Shown: positions 11,528 to 22,154, numbered from the whole stretch's first letter. The stretch: DNA of 62,955 nucleotides, filler included, from Deltaproteobacteria bacterium (GCA_030698575.1; 7 parts of 7 records of this genome joined end to end with filler, not necessarily neighbours in it), one strand, 5' to 3'. Numbers and translations are program-made. Notes: a model not told the origin generated them from the sequence alone.

Positions 11528-12592
11528 CTAGAGTATTCCGACCTTCGAGTTGTCACCCAGCATGAATCGGTAAGCCACGGGTCGGAGTGGCGAACGTGAG
11601 AGCTCGACATTTCGCCCGATCAGGCTGTCCTCTATCCGGTGCGCGATGTCGAGGATGGACGAATTCTCGAGAACGATGCTGTGCTCGATCTCGCTGTTCT
11701 TTACCCGGCAATTGTCCCCGATGGAGGTAAAGGGGCCGATGTAGCTGTGTTCCAGACGCGTGCCGCGTCCGATGATGGCCGGACCGCGAATAGTGCTCTC
11801 GACGACCTCGGCCCCCTCCTCGATGACCACCTTGAAATCGACCTTCGAAGCCTCGTCGACCTTTCCATCAATTCTCGTATCGAGCAGATCCAGTATCAGG
11901 CGGTTCGCCTCGAGCATGTCCTCGAGCTTGCCGGTGTCCTTCCACCATCCCTGCACGATATGACTGTCAACCCGCAGCCCCCGATCGATCAGCCACTGGA
12001 TGGCGTCGGTGATCTCCAGCTCCCCGCGCGCGGAGGGGCTGATGGCCCGAGCCGCCTCGAAAATGCTGTCGTTAAACATGTACACGCCGACGAGGGCCAG
12101 GTTCGAGCGCGGGCGGGCGGGCTTCTCCTCCAGCCGCACCACTCTTTCTCCTGAAAGCTCGGCGACCCCGAACTGCGTGGGATCCTGCACCGGCGTCAGG
12201 AGGATCATTGAATCGGGTCGGCTTCGCTGGAACTCTTCCGTGAGATTGCGAATGCCCCCCTGGATCAGATTGTCGCCGAGATACATGACGAAGGGCGTGC
12301 CACGCAGGAACTCCTCGGATTCAAGAACCGCGTGGGCAAGCCCCAGGGGCGCCGATTGCTGGATGTAGTCAATCGACACGCCCCATCGATCACCCTGCCC
12401 CACGGCGCTGCGGATCTCGTCGCCGGTATCCCCGACAACAATCCCTATCTCGCGAATCCCCGCATCGCGCATCGCCTCGATCCCATAAAAGAGGATGGGC
12501 TTGTTGGCGACCGGCACGAGCTGCTTCGCGGACGTGTAGGTGATGGGCCGCAGACGCGTCCCCTTTCCACCGCTTAGAATGAGTCCCTTCAC
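11528..12592 (-). CDS. rfbA: glucose-1-phosphate thymidylyltransferase, long form
   Basis: GGKGTRLRPITYTSAKQLVPVANKP, PSARGELEITDAIQ, WWKDTG and a C-terminal hexapeptide-like tail. Confidence 0.92.
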   Translation of the reverse strand: MKGLILSGGKGTRLRPITYTSAKQLVPVANKPILFYGIEAMRDAGIREIGIVVGDTGDEIRSAVGQGDRWGVSIDYIQQSAPLGLAHAVLESEEFLRGTPFVMYLGDNLIQGGIRNLTEEFQRSRPDSMILLTPVQDPTQFGVAELSGERVVRLEEKPARPRSNLALVGVYMFNDSIFEAARAISPSARGELEITDAIQWLIDRGLRVDSHIVQGWWKDTGKLEDMLEANRLILDLLDTRIDGKVDEASKVDFKVVIEEGAEVVESTIRGPAIIGRGTRLEHSYIGPFTSIGDNCRVKNSEIEHSIVLENSSILDIAHRIEDSLIGRNVELSRSPLRPVAYRFMLGDNSKVGIL

Positions 12593-12594
12593 TT

Positions 12595-13884
12595 CTACTC
12601 CATCCGGATGTAGGGGTGGGCCCCCGGCTCGTTCTTGAGTCGATCGAGATCGGTCCGTGCGGCCGCCTCGCTGGGATACTGCCCCACGCGCACCCTGTAA
12701 AGCGTCACCATGCCGGCACGCGAGAGGGGAACGACGCGCACGCTGTATCCCTTTGTGCTCAACCGGTCGGCGAGGCTCTGGGCCTCGCTCTGATCCGAGA
12801 GGGTCGAGACCTGCACCGTGTAGGTCTCTCCCTGGGGCGCCGCAGGACTCACGCTTCCCTGGCGTCTCGCGAGAAGAGCGGCGCCGCTGGGCGTTGCATT
12901 CGATTCAGACGCCGGCGACGTCCCGTCGGCTGCCTCGGCGCGCCGTCTGGCGAGGAGATCCGCCCCCACGGGTGCGGCCGACCCGTCGGCTTCCGCCCGT
13001 GCGGCTGGCGCCTCGACTTCAACGGGTTCGGCTTCCGCGCTCTCGGTTTCGGCCGGCGCTTCCTCGTCCGTCTCGGTCAGCCCTGGAGCCGCCCGGCGGC
13101 CCGTCGCCGTCTCGTAAAAGGTCATCTCGGCCGAGGGGTCGTCGGCCGGAACTTCTGCCTCGGCTTTCGCCTGGCCCTCTGAAGCAGCGGGCTTTGCGTC
13201 CGCTGTCCCCGCCGCCGGCTCCGGTTTCGCCGCCTCAGCTTCGGGCTTGGCCTTCGGCGCGACCGCCGCGACCAGCGCCTTCTTCACCGGCGCCGCAGCA
13301 GGTTTCTTATCGGCCACGGGTTCGGCCGCCTGAGGCGCGGGCACCTCCACGCGGGCGGGCACCGTGCCGCGCTCGCCGAACTCGATCATGCCTTCCGCGT
13401 CCGGCGCCGGCCCCATGGCTTCGAGCGAGTCCGGATCCGCAAGATCCCCGGCATCCGACTTCAGGAACGGCAGCGCGGGGATGTCCAGCCCGCCGCTGGC
13501 ACCCACCACCAGGCCCGCACCGAAGCTCACCCCGGACGCAACAGCCAGGCCCAGCCAGATCATCAGCTTCTGACCCCAGGTGAGGCCCATCCTCGCCCGC
13601 CGCCCGGTGAACCGTTCCGTTTGCCGTCCGTGGGACGGGCCCCGAGGCTCGCGTGATCCACGTTCGCCTGGCCGCGTGTCGTAGAGCGGATCATCCTCCA
13701 CGTGGGGGAGATGGTCCTCCATTTCGACTCCCGACTGGTATCTCCCCCGGCCTCTCACATCGCTATCCTCCATCCGGGGCTGGTTCTCCCGAGGGCGGGG
13801 CTCTCCACGCTCCCAGTCACTGTTGGGCCATTCGTCGCCCACCCAGCCGCCCGAACGCTTGTCCCGCTCCCGATCTCGTTCCAT
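12595..13884 (-). CDS. SPOR-domain membrane protein (FtsN/DamX-like)
   Basis: Charged N-terminus, one TM segment, Ala/Pro/Glu-rich linker, C-terminal YTVQVSTL...LYRVRVGQY SPOR motif; follows argS. Confidence 0.8.
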   Translation of the reverse strand: MERDRERDKRSGGWVGDEWPNSDWERGEPRPRENQPRMEDSDVRGRGRYQSGVEMEDHLPHVEDDPLYDTRPGERGSREPRGPSHGRQTERFTGRRARMGLTWGQKLMIWLGLAVASGVSFGAGLVVGASGGLDIPALPFLKSDAGDLADPDSLEAMGPAPDAEGMIEFGERGTVPARVEVPAPQAAEPVADKKPAAAPVKKALVAAVAPKAKPEAEAAKPEPAAGTADAKPAASEGQAKAEAEVPADDPSAEMTFYETATGRRAAPGLTETDEEAPAETESAEAEPVEVEAPAARAEADGSAAPVGADLLARRRAEAADGTSPASESNATPSGAALLARRQGSVSPAAPQGETYTVQVSTLSDQSEAQSLADRLSTKGYSVRVVPLSRAGMVTLYRVRVGQYPSEAAARTDLDRLKNEPGAHPYIRME

Positions 13885-13937
13885 GAAGATCTCCTAGGTG
13901 GTCGGCCGCCCTCGGCGGGGCTCCAGCGGCGCCGCTT

Positions 13938-15617
13938 TCACATGCGCTCCGGGGCCCTCACGCCAAGCATCGATAGACCAGAAGCGATCACACTCTGCAC
14001 CGCCTGAACCAGGCCGAGTCTGGCTGCTGTCGTTTCGGCATCATCCGAAAGAATCCGGCACCGGTTGTAGTAGCCATGGAACGACCGGGCAACATCCAGC
14101 AGGTAGAAGACGACACGATGCGGTTCGATCGCGGTCGCCGCGCGATCGACGAGCTCCGGATATTCCACAAGAAGATGGATAAGCGCTTTCTCGTCCTCCT
14201 CGACAAGCCGCTCCGCGTGGCATTCGTCGAGGCTCGACGGCACCGCCACCCCCCCTGCTTCAGCTTCGCGCAACACGCTCGCGATTCGCGCATAGGCGTA
14301 CTGGACGTAGTAGACGGGGTTCTCATCCGATTCCTTCTTCGCGAGGTCGAGATCAAAATCGAGATGGGCGTCATGCCGCCGCTGCAGGAAAAAGAAACGG
14401 ACGGCATCGACCCCCACCTCTTCGATCAGCTCGTCCAGCGTTACAAAATTGGCCGTGCGCTTTCCCATCCTTACAGGCTGTCCGTCCTTCAGCAGCGTTA
14501 CGAACTGATGAATCAGGACGCGGATCCGGGAAGTGTCCTCACCGAGGGCACGCAAGCCCGCCAGAACGTCGCGGTATGTCGATTCGTGATCGGCGCCGAA
14601 GATGTCCACGACCATGTCGAAGCCGCGCCTCAGCTTGTTGACATGGTAGGCCATGTCCGGAAGGCGGTACGTGGGCTCCCCCGTCGACTTCACGATCACC
14701 CGGTCCTTGTCGAGATCGAAATCGGTGCCGCGGAACCAGAGCGCCCCATCCTTCTCGTAGGTGCATCCCTTGCTTCGCAGCGTGTCGATGATGGTTTGCA
14801 CCGATCCGTCCTCGTAGAGGCTCGTCTCGTTGAAGTACACGTCGAAAATGATTCCGAGCCTGTCGAGCGTTTCCCTGATCCCGGCGAAGATGGCTTCCTC
14901 GGCGAATACCTTGAACCGTTCCGGATCCTCGCCCGCCCAGGCATCGCCCTGCTGCTCTACGATTCGATTTGCGATCTCGGCGATGTACTCGCCCTGATAG
15001 CCCTCCTCGGGAAACTCCGAGGGCTTGCCAAGGGCTTCGAGGTACCGGGCGCGGGTCGAGGCGGCAAGGAGCTTCATCTGGCGGCCAGCGTCGTTGTAGT
15101 AGTACTCCCGCGTGACCTTGTGGCCGGTCGCCTCCAGCAGGCGGGCGATGGCGTCGCCAAGCACCGCTTGCCGGCCATGCCCAATCGTGAGCGGCCCCGT
15201 AGGGTTGGCGCTGACGAATTCGACTTCTACCTGCCTCCCCTCACCCCGCGCCGAACACCCGAAGGAGGCCCGCCGTTCGAGCATTTCGCCGAGAGCCTCC
15301 CGCCTGAGGGCATCCGAAACGAAGAGATTGATGAACCCGGGCCCGGCTATCTCCATCCGGTCCACAAGATCGGGCCGGGGCGGGAGATTGGAGAGGAGGA
15401 GCTGGGCGGCCTCGCGAGGATTCTTCTTTAGACGGGGGGCGAGAAGAAGCGCGAGGTTACTCGCGTAGTCACCGTGCTCGCGCGTCTTGGGAGGCTCGAG
15501 CTGCCAGTCGGGAAGCTCCTCCTCGGGGAGCAGGCCTTTTCGGACGCAGCCATGAACTGCCTCAGCGAGAAACTCCTTTAATTTCGGCCTCAAACAGCGT
15601 TCCTCCAGCGAGGCCAC
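13938..15617 (-). CDS. argS: arginine--tRNA ligase
   Basis: HGDYASN, GPGFIN, EFVSANPTGPLTIGHGR (HIGH-like) and NPVYYVQYAYAR motifs; ends APERM. Exact start uncertain. Confidence 0.95.
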   Translation of the reverse strand: MASLEERCLRPKLKEFLAEAVHGCVRKGLLPEEELPDWQLEPPKTREHGDYASNLALLLAPRLKKNPREAAQLLLSNLPPRPDLVDRMEIAGPGFINLFVSDALRREALGEMLERRASFGCSARGEGRQVEVEFVSANPTGPLTIGHGRQAVLGDAIARLLEATGHKVTREYYYNDAGRQMKLLAASTRARYLEALGKPSEFPEEGYQGEYIAEIANRIVEQQGDAWAGEDPERFKVFAEEAIFAGIRETLDRLGIIFDVYFNETSLYEDGSVQTIIDTLRSKGCTYEKDGALWFRGTDFDLDKDRVIVKSTGEPTYRLPDMAYHVNKLRRGFDMVVDIFGADHESTYRDVLAGLRALGEDTSRIRVLIHQFVTLLKDGQPVRMGKRTANFVTLDELIEEVGVDAVRFFFLQRRHDAHLDFDLDLAKKESDENPVYYVQYAYARIASVLREAEAGGVAVPSSLDECHAERLVEEDEKALIHLLVEYPELVDRAATAIEPHRVVFYLLDVARSFHGYYNRCRILSDDAETTAARLGLVQAVQSVIASGLSMLGVRAPERM

Positions 15618-15799
15618 ATTCTAGGGAGAGGGCCTTCCAGCGTCAATAGAAACCCCCGGCGGGGCGGGCCCGGCAGGGGGTCTTCTGAGCCCTTCAGCCA
15701 CGGCCGCGGGCGGTTATCCATGTTAACCCAAGGGGTTTACCCAAGGGGTCACCCGGGGGGTCAAACCGGGCCGAGACGCCGATCCCCGAGCGGGAACAA

Positions 15800-16129
15800 T
15801 CAGGGACTGACCTGGTAAACGATCTCGTCGGCTTTCAGCATTCCCAGCTCTTCCCGGGCGATCTTCTCGATCGCCGAGCTGTTTTCCCTGAGCTGCCTGA
15901 CTTCCGTTTCAAGCCTGGCGTTGTCGCCTTCCAGCTCGTCATTCTGCCTGAGGACCCGCGTGTAGTCCGCCCGAAGTTCAAAAAGCCGGATGAGTCCTTG
16001 ATCGCCGTTGGAAGCCGCCGCCAGCGTGAGCACGACAAAGATCAGAACGAGCCATGGCCAGCGACGGCGAGAGCGGGAAGAGTCGCGGGCGAGGGGGCGT
16101 GTGCTCCGGCGCCTTGCCGTGCGAGCCAT
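15800..16129 (-). CDS. ftsB: septum formation initiator FtsB/DivIC family
   Basis: One TM segment, GDQGLIRL, coiled coil and IEKIAREELGMLKADEIVY; GAGGAGGA RBS before ATG 16129. Confidence 0.85.
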   Translation of the reverse strand: MARTARRRSTRPLARDSSRSRRRWPWLVLIFVVLTLAAASNGDQGLIRLFELRADYTRVLRQNDELEGDNARLETEVRQLRENSSAIEKIAREELGMLKADEIVYQVSP

Positions 16130-16252
16130 ATATCCTCCTCGAGCGTCCGGGCGGGACGAAACACCAAACCGGGGGGCCAAACAGGGGGGCCTAAAGAGGG
16201 GGGGATAGATGACCGGGAGATTTTATCATCCCTTGCCATCGAATCCAAGGGC

Positions 16253-16864
16253 TCATCCCCCATCCGTGGATGCGAGTTTGGCCACCCAGGCGCTGAAATC
16301 CGGGTGGTCCCAGGCCCTGGCCCCGACGATGCGCTTCACGACGAAGCCCCGGGGGTCGAGGATGATCGTGGTGGGTAGCCCGGCAATCTCGAATCTGGCG
16401 CCCAGGCTGCCGTCGTCGTCGTAAATGACCGGAAAAGATACCCCGTTCTTCTGGACGAACCGCTGGACGTCCTCCTCCCGGGAGTCGACGGCGATCGCAA
16501 GGACATGAACATCACCGGGCGATTCGTCGGCCAGACGGCCGATCGCCTCCATTTCCGCTCGGCAGGGACCACACCAGGGCGCCCAGAAGTTCATGAAGAC
16601 AGGACTGCCGCGCAACTCCTCCAGCTCTACACGCCGGCCCTTGAGCGTTCGCGCGTCGAAAGGCGGCGAGAGGTACCCCTCCCGTGGCGCCCTGGTACTC
16701 GAGACCACCGGGACAGGAACCATGAGGTCCTCGGGCGGCGACACTTCAGGAGGTCCGAGCACCCCCATTCGCCAGACGAGCAACCCGAGCAGCAGAGCCA
16801 TGAACAGGACGGTCGCCGGCAGGGATCGCCGGGGCCCCCGAGCCTCCCGATCGGCCTCGCTCAC
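16253..16864 (-). CDS. TlpA/ResA-like thiol-disulfide oxidoreductase
   Basis: TM anchor, NFWAPWCGPC and GLPTTIILD; GTG start overlaps the stop of the upstream paralogue. Confidence 0.88.
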   Translation of the reverse strand: MSEADREARGPRRSLPATVLFMALLLGLLVWRMGVLGPPEVSPPEDLMVPVPVVSSTRAPREGYLSPPFDARTLKGRRVELEELRGSPVFMNFWAPWCGPCRAEMEAIGRLADESPGDVHVLAIAVDSREEDVQRFVQKNGVSFPVIYDDDGSLGARFEIAGLPTTIILDPRGFVVKRIVGARAWDHPDFSAWVAKLASTDGG

Positions 16865-17451
16865 GAAAGATCCTTCGTGGCCTCGCGCCCGAGAACCAGT
16901 TCCCCGAACCATTTCACCATCTCATCGCTGTCCCAGGTCCGGGGGCCGATGACCTTCTCGCGGATGATCCCGTCCCGATCGACCACGAAGGACTCGGGCA
17001 CTCCGGTTGTCTGGTACATGCGGGACACGCGGCCGTCGGGATCGAAGAGAATCGGAAAAGTGAGCGAGAACTTGTTCCGGAAGGGCAGCACCGCGTCGCG
17101 GCTCCGCGCGTCGATGCTCACGGCGAGGATCTCGAAGTCGGCTCCGCCGGGCCCGGCCTTGATTAGCTGATAGAGGCGTTCCAGGCTCGGCGCCTCCTCC
17201 TCGCAGGGCTTGCACCAGGTGGCCCAGATGTTCAGGAGCACCACCTTGCCCTGATAGTCGGAAAGCCGGATCTCCTCTCCGCCGATGAGCGTCGCGCGGA
17301 AGTCGGGTGCGGGCCTGCCAGCCAGCGGCGATGCGCCCCGGTCCCGTTGCGTCAGCCAACCCAGGGCGACCATGCCCACCACGAGCGCCAGGCCGATGCC
17401 GAGCGCCAATCGCACGTCCGAAGCGCTACCCCCGGGCTTTTGCGCCGGCAT
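16861..17451 (-). CDS. TlpA/ResA-like thiol-disulfide oxidoreductase
   Basis: APDF, GKVVLLNIWATWCKPC and GVPESFVVD; AAAGGAGG RBS before ATG 17451. Confidence 0.9.
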   Translation of the reverse strand: MPAQKPGGSASDVRLALGIGLALVVGMVALGWLTQRDRGASPLAGRPAPDFRATLIGGEEIRLSDYQGKVVLLNIWATWCKPCEEEAPSLERLYQLIKAGPGGADFEILAVSIDARSRDAVLPFRNKFSLTFPILFDPDGRVSRMYQTTGVPESFVVDRDGIIREKVIGPRTWDSDEMVKWFGELVLGREATKDLS

Positions 17452-17515
17452 CCGCCTGCCTCCTTTCATTGACCCGAGCCACGTCCGGCAAGGCACGCGC
17501 TCCGAGGATCCCGGG

Positions 17516-17794
17516 TCAGTTCGCCGCCAGAATGAACACCCCGGCCAGCAGCGCCGCGAGCACGGCCGCCAGGCCGAGCGAGAAACGATCAAACGAGAGA
17601 GCCCCGAGGATCTCGGCGGCCCGGACCCGATTCTGCTTCCGCGGGTCGTCCTCGACCGCCTCCCTGAGGAGTCGACGCGCCGACCGCCAGTCGCCGTGAT
17701 CGTAAGCCTGGATGGCGGATTCAAAAGCGTTCCGGCGGGCCGGCGCCCCGGCCCGATCCTCCGTAACGCGCGGATTCTTTTCGGAGGTGGGCAA
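17516..17794 (-). CDS. small hypothetical protein, TPR-like helices plus C-terminal TM anchor
   Basis: AIQAYDHGDWRSARRLL followed by hydrophobic SLGLAAVLAALLAGVFIL; start uncertain. Confidence 0.5.
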   Translation of the reverse strand: MPTSEKNPRVTEDRAGAPARRNAFESAIQAYDHGDWRSARRLLREAVEDDPRKQNRVRAAEILGALSFDRFSLGLAAVLAALLAGVFILAAN

Positions 17795-17939
17795 TTCAGA
17801 CCTCTCCCGGATCCCCGGTCGGGCCCGTGACTGGCGCCGCGCTTGCGCGCCGAGATGGGTCATGCTGAAAGGGGGAAAGCCGCCTTGCCCGCGAAAAAAG
17901 CGGGGGTAGGCGAAAATCACGTCGGCGGATGCCACATTC

Positions 17940-18821
17940 TCAGGAAAGACCGCGGCTCCCGGCGCCCGGCTTCTCCTCGTCGCCGCCCGATGTCTTGGCT
18001 GCAGCTGCCCCGGGCACGCCGGAGGAGCGGCCGTTTCGCTTTCGGCGTTTCCGGGAGCCGTTGCTTCCCTGCCGGGGACTCTCCGAGCTGCCCGGCCGGA
18101 GGCCCGACAGCACTTTGAGGATCATCTTCCGCCGGAGAACCATGAGGAGGGGGCCGAACTCGCGGATCCCCCTCTCCGCCAGCTGCTTGATCTCCTCGCT
18201 CGACAGCTTCGAGGCGGTGCGCGATATGAGAAGCTTTACCTCTTCCCTGGCAAGGTCTTCCAGGAACCTCAGATAGATCGCGAGATCATCCACCTGAAAG
18301 CCGATCTCACTCCTGAAACCAAGCCGGCGATTGTTTTCGAGGGCCGCCAGGAAATCGAGATCGTCTCCGTCGTACACCCTCTGGCCACCGGTTTCCGAAG
18401 GATTGAGAATGCCCATTCCCCGCAGCTTCTCCAGTTCCAGTTCATAGGTGTTGAACTGGGTGATCACCTCGGGCTCGGCAAGCGGCTGGCTGCGTTCGCC
18501 AACAGGCCTTCCCAGAAAGGATCCCTTCAGCTCGAGCAGCACCTGCGCCTCCGCCAGCCTGCCATTGCCGTCCGATCCGGAAAGAATCTCCCGAATGACT
18601 CGAAGCGGGAGGAAATGCTGGGTCTGGAGTTCCTTGATGAAACGAATCCTGTCGACGAATGACTCGTCGTAGTAGGCCATGTTGCGGCTGGTCTTGAGAG
18701 GCGGAGGGAGGAGACCTTCCTTGATGTAGAACTTGATCGAGGGGGCGGGCACGTCAGTCAGCGCCGAGAGCTCGCTGATGCGAAGAAGCCCTTTATCGGC
18801 TTTCGTGTGAGATGCCGGCAC
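17940..18821 (-). CDS. MerR-family transcriptional regulator
   Basis: LRISELSALTDVPAPSIKFYIKEGLLPPP...MAYY...FLPLRVIR; a second wHTH-like segment (LRGMGIL...RVYDGDD). Start uncertain. Confidence 0.8.
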   Translation of the reverse strand: MPASHTKADKGLLRISELSALTDVPAPSIKFYIKEGLLPPPLKTSRNMAYYDESFVDRIRFIKELQTQHFLPLRVIREILSGSDGNGRLAEAQVLLELKGSFLGRPVGERSQPLAEPEVITQFNTYELELEKLRGMGILNPSETGGQRVYDGDDLDFLAALENNRRLGFRSEIGFQVDDLAIYLRFLEDLAREEVKLLISRTASKLSSEEIKQLAERGIREFGPLLMVLRRKMILKVLSGLRPGSSESPRQGSNGSRKRRKRNGRSSGVPGAAAAKTSGGDEEKPGAGSRGLS

Positions 18822-18978
18822 CCGCTGCCCCCTGATCTTGGCCCTGCTTCCGGATCGGCTGCAAGTGCCTGGAATCAGACGCCTACGCCGCAGATCCTCG
18901 TTTTCAGATAGCAAAGGGGGTGCAGGGTGTCAACGCGCGCAGCCGGCTTCCGCATACGCCAGGGGGGGCAACGAGATG

Positions 18979-19005
18979 AAAAAAAAGCGCGCCCAGGGGC
19001 GCGCT
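18979..19005 (-). terminator. intrinsic terminator after rplQ
   Basis: Minus strand AGCGCGCCC-CT-GGGCGCGC followed by a T8 run, 25 nt after the rplQ stop. Confidence 0.8.
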
Positions 19006-19029
19006 CGCGATCGATTCTTGCCGGGCTGC

Positions 19030-19602
19030 TCAGGCCTGTCCTGACCTTCCCTTCTTCTGCCCCCCGCCGGCTTTCTTCTTGGACACGGAGGCCCCGGGCT
19101 TCTGCGTCTGCGTCGGCTTCGCCCCACCCGGCTTGGCCGCTTTCACCTTCGCCGATCCGGCTTTCTTCTCAGTTTTCTTGTCCGCCTTCTTCTCGGCCTT
19201 CTTCTGCCCCTTCTTGGAAGCTGCGGCGGCTTCCTTGCGCGACGTCTCGTCCGGCAGGAGTTCGATAATCGAGAGCGGCGCCCCATCGCCCTGGCGCCGT
19301 CCGAGTTTGATGATTCGCGTGTAACCGCCCTGCCGATCGGCGAAGCGCTTGGCCACGCTGTCGAATACCTTCCGAACGACCGTCTGGGATCGGACCATCC
19401 GGAGCGCCATCCGGCGGGCGTGCAGATCTCCCCGCTTCCCGTATGTGATCACGCGCTCGGCCAGCGGGCGCACCTCCTTCGCCCTCGCGTCCGTCGTGGT
19501 CACGCGCTCGTGCTCGAGCACTGAGGTGACGAGATTGCGGAGCATGGCCTTGCGGTGCGAGCTGGTTCGGCCGAGCTTCCTGGGGCCCCGGGAGTTTCGC
19601 AT
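19030..19602 (-). CDS. rplQ: 50S ribosomal protein L17 with Lys-rich C-terminal extension
   Basis: [16 protein letters not shown] and [17 protein letters not shown]; follows rpoA. Confidence 0.96.
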   Translation of the reverse strand: MRNSRGPRKLGRTSSHRKAMLRNLVTSVLEHERVTTTDARAKEVRPLAERVITYGKRGDLHARRMALRMVRSQTVVRKVFDSVAKRFADRQGGYTRIIKLGRRQGDGAPLSIIELLPDETSRKEAAAASKKGQKKAEKKADKKTEKKAGSAKVKAAKPGGAKPTQTQKPGASVSKKKAGGGQKKGRSGQA

Positions 19603-19603
19603 C

Positions 19604-20617
19604 TTACTCTTCCTTTTCCTTCAATTTCTCGATGTCCTTCCGCGCGGGGAAGCTGTCGAGCTTCATTCCCAGAGAAAGTCCCATTCCAGCCAGGATATCC
19701 TTGATCTCGTTGAGGGACTTCCTGCCGAAGTTCTTGGTCTTGAGCATCTCGGCCTCGCTCCGCTGAACCAGCTCACCGATGAACTTTATGTTCGCGTTCT
19801 GGAGGCAGTTCGCAGACCGGACCGACAGCTCGAGCTCGTCGACGGATCGGAAGAGATTCTCGTTGAGCTTTTCCCCCTCTTCCTCCTCGACCGGCTCTTC
19901 TTCGTCGGCCATCTCCTCGAAGTTGATGAAGATGGTGAGTTGCCCTTTGAGGATCTTCGCGGCATAGGCCACCGCGTCGTCCGGGCGCACGCTGCCATCG
20001 GTCCACACTTCCAGCGTCAGTTTGTCGTAGTCCGTCCGCTGGCCCACGCGAGCGTTGGTGACGTTGTAGTTCACCTTCCTGACGGGGGAGAAAATGGCGT
20101 CGATCGGAATATCGCCGATCGTGTGATCTTCATCCTTGTTCTGCTCGGCCACCACGTAGCCCCGGCCGGACTTGATGGTAAGCTCGACTTCGAGTTCGGC
20201 GTCCTCGCCGAGCGTGGCAAGGTGCAGGTCGGGGTTCAGGACTTCGACCGTGCCGTCCGTTTCGATGTCACCAGCTTTCACTTCGCAGGGGCCCTTTTTC
20301 CGGATCCAGACGCTCTTGGGGCCTTCAACGTGCATCTTGATGAGTGTGCTCTTCAGGTTGAGCACGATGTCGGTGACTTCTTCCTTCACGCCCGGGACGG
20401 TTGAAAATTCGTGGAGGACCCCCTTGATTCTTGCGGAGGCGATCGCCGCTCCCTGCAGAGACGAAAGCAGGGCGCGCCGCAGTGAGTTGCCCAGCGTGAG
20501 CCCGAAGCCGCGCTCGAGCGGCTCGCAGGTGAACTTGCCGTAAGTGTCCGTAATCTTACCGTCTTCAATCTCGAGCTTCTTCGGGCGGATGAGATCCCGC
20601 CAGTTCCGTTCAATCAT
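19604..20617 (-). CDS. rpoA: RNA polymerase alpha subunit
   Basis: [32 protein letters not shown] and [10 protein letters not shown] motifs. Confidence 0.98.
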   Translation of the reverse strand: MIERNWRDLIRPKKLEIEDGKITDTYGKFTCEPLERGFGLTLGNSLRRALLSSLQGAAIASARIKGVLHEFSTVPGVKEEVTDIVLNLKSTLIKMHVEGPKSVWIRKKGPCEVKAGDIETDGTVEVLNPDLHLATLGEDAELEVELTIKSGRGYVVAEQNKDEDHTIGDIPIDAIFSPVRKVNYNVTNARVGQRTDYDKLTLEVWTDGSVRPDDAVAYAAKILKGQLTIFINFEEMADEEEPVEEEEGEKLNENLFRSVDELELSVRSANCLQNANIKFIGELVQRSEAEMLKTKNFGRKSLNEIKDILAGMGLSLGMKLDSFPARKDIEKLKEKEE

Positions 20618-20657
20618 GCCCTTCTCCTTGTACTGCTTCGGGGAAAGCCCCTGGCCG

Positions 20658-21284
20658 CTAGCGAGAGTAGAGCTCGACGATCAACTGCTCCTGGATGGGG
20701 AGAGTGAGTTCCTCCCGGCCAGGCAGCGATTTGACCGTAGCGCGCGCCTGATCCTTCTCCAGCTCCAGCCAGGAGGGGACGCCGCGCCGTTCGACGGCTT
20801 CGAGCGAGGCCGCCAGCCGGCCGATCTTCCTGCTCTTTTCACGCACAGAGATGACGTCGCCAACTTTCAGCATTCTGGACGGGATTGTGCACTTCCGCCC
20901 GTTTATCAGGACGTGCCCGTGCCGGACAAACTGCCGCCCCTCGCTCCGCGATCCGGAGAACCCGGACCGGTAGACCGCGTTGTCCAGCCGCCGCTCAAGC
21001 AGCATCAACAGGTTCTCGCCGGTGATGCCCTTCATGCGATCGGCGTGATTGAAATACTCCTCGAATTGCTTCTCGAGTACCCCGTACATCCGGCGGACCT
21101 TCTGCTTCTCCCGGAGCTGGGTCCCGTACTCAGAAAACTTCGTTCGTCCCTGGCCGTGCTGTCCGGGGGGATAAGCGCGGCGCTCGATCGCGCAGCGATC
21201 GGTGTAGCAGCGCTCCGCCTTGAGGAAGAGCTTCATTCCTTCCCGCCGGCAAAGCCTGCAAACTGAACCCGTGTAACGAGCCAA
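20658..21284 (-). CDS. rpsD: 30S ribosomal protein S4 (CxxC form)
   Basis: [29 protein letters not shown] and LIVELYSR motifs. Confidence 0.97.
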   Translation of the reverse strand: MARYTGSVCRLCRREGMKLFLKAERCYTDRCAIERRAYPPGQHGQGRTKFSEYGTQLREKQKVRRMYGVLEKQFEEYFNHADRMKGITGENLLMLLERRLDNAVYRSGFSGSRSEGRQFVRHGHVLINGRKCTIPSRMLKVGDVISVREKSRKIGRLAASLEAVERRGVPSWLELEKDQARATVKSLPGREELTLPIQEQLIVELYSR

Positions 21285-21302
21285 AAGTCCTCCCTGCCTG
21301 CC

Positions 21303-21701
21303 TTAGACGCGCCGACGCTTCGGCGGGCGGCAGCCGTTGTGCGGAATCGGCGTGACGTCCCGGATGAGCGAGATCTTGAGTCCCGCGGCAGCAAGCGCCC
21401 GGACAGCGGCCTCGCGACCTGCTCCGGGCCCCTTGATGAAAACGTTCAAGTTCCTTACGCCGTGCTCCATGGCCTTGCGGGCCACGTCCGAGGCGGCCAT
21501 CTGGGCGGCGAAGGGCGTGCTCTTGCGAGACCCCTTGAAGCCCACGCTGCCTGAGCTCGACGAGGCAATCGCATTCCCGGTGGGGTCCGTGACGGTGATG
21601 ATCGTGTTGTTGAAGGTCGAGCGCACATGCGCCACACCGGTCAGAATATTCTTCTTGACCTTCTTCTTTCGTATGACTTTCTTTCCACCGACCTTTGCCA
21701 T
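21303..21701 (-). CDS. rpsK: 30S ribosomal protein S11
   Basis: [21 protein letters not shown] and [18 protein letters not shown] motifs. Confidence 0.98.
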   Translation of the reverse strand: MAKVGGKKVIRKKKVKKNILTGVAHVRSTFNNTIITVTDPTGNAIASSSSGSVGFKGSRKSTPFAAQMAASDVARKAMEHGVRNLNVFIKGPGAGREAAVRALAAAGLKISLIRDVTPIPHNGCRPPKRRRV

Positions 21702-21770
21702 CGTTCCTCTCTATGTCCCGCCGGCGCACGCCGGTCAGCTCTGAGGAGTTCCGTCCCGAATGGAGACGGG

Positions 21771-22154
21771 CTACTTCTTGGCGGGCGCCTTCTTCCTGCC
21801 CGCGACCGTCTTGGGCGGACCCTTGCGTGTGCGGGCATTCGTGTGGGTACGCTGGCCCCGGACGGGCAGTCCCCGCCGATGCCGAAGGCCCCGATAGGCG
21901 CCTAGATCCATGAGCCTCTTGATGTTGGCGGCCACTTCGCGCCGGAGATCGCCCTCGACCTTGAACTCCCGATCGATAATCTCGCGAATGCCCACCACCT
22001 CGGTTTCCGTGAGCTGGTGCGTCCGGGTGCTGGGATCTACTCCAGCCCGGGCGACGATGTCCCGCGCCGAGGTATGCCCGATACCGAAGATGTAGGTCAG
22101 GGCGACCTCGATGCGCTTCTCCTTGGGGAGATCTATACCGGCGATTCGCGCCAC
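21771..22154 (-). CDS. rpsM: 30S ribosomal protein S13
   Basis: ARIAGIDLP and [26 protein letters not shown] motifs. Confidence 0.98.
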   Translation of the reverse strand: MARIAGIDLPKEKRIEVALTYIFGIGHTSARDIVARAGVDPSTRTHQLTETEVVGIREIIDREFKVEGDLRREVAANIKRLMDLGAYRGLRHRRGLPVRGQRTHTNARTRKGPPKTVAGRKKAPAKK

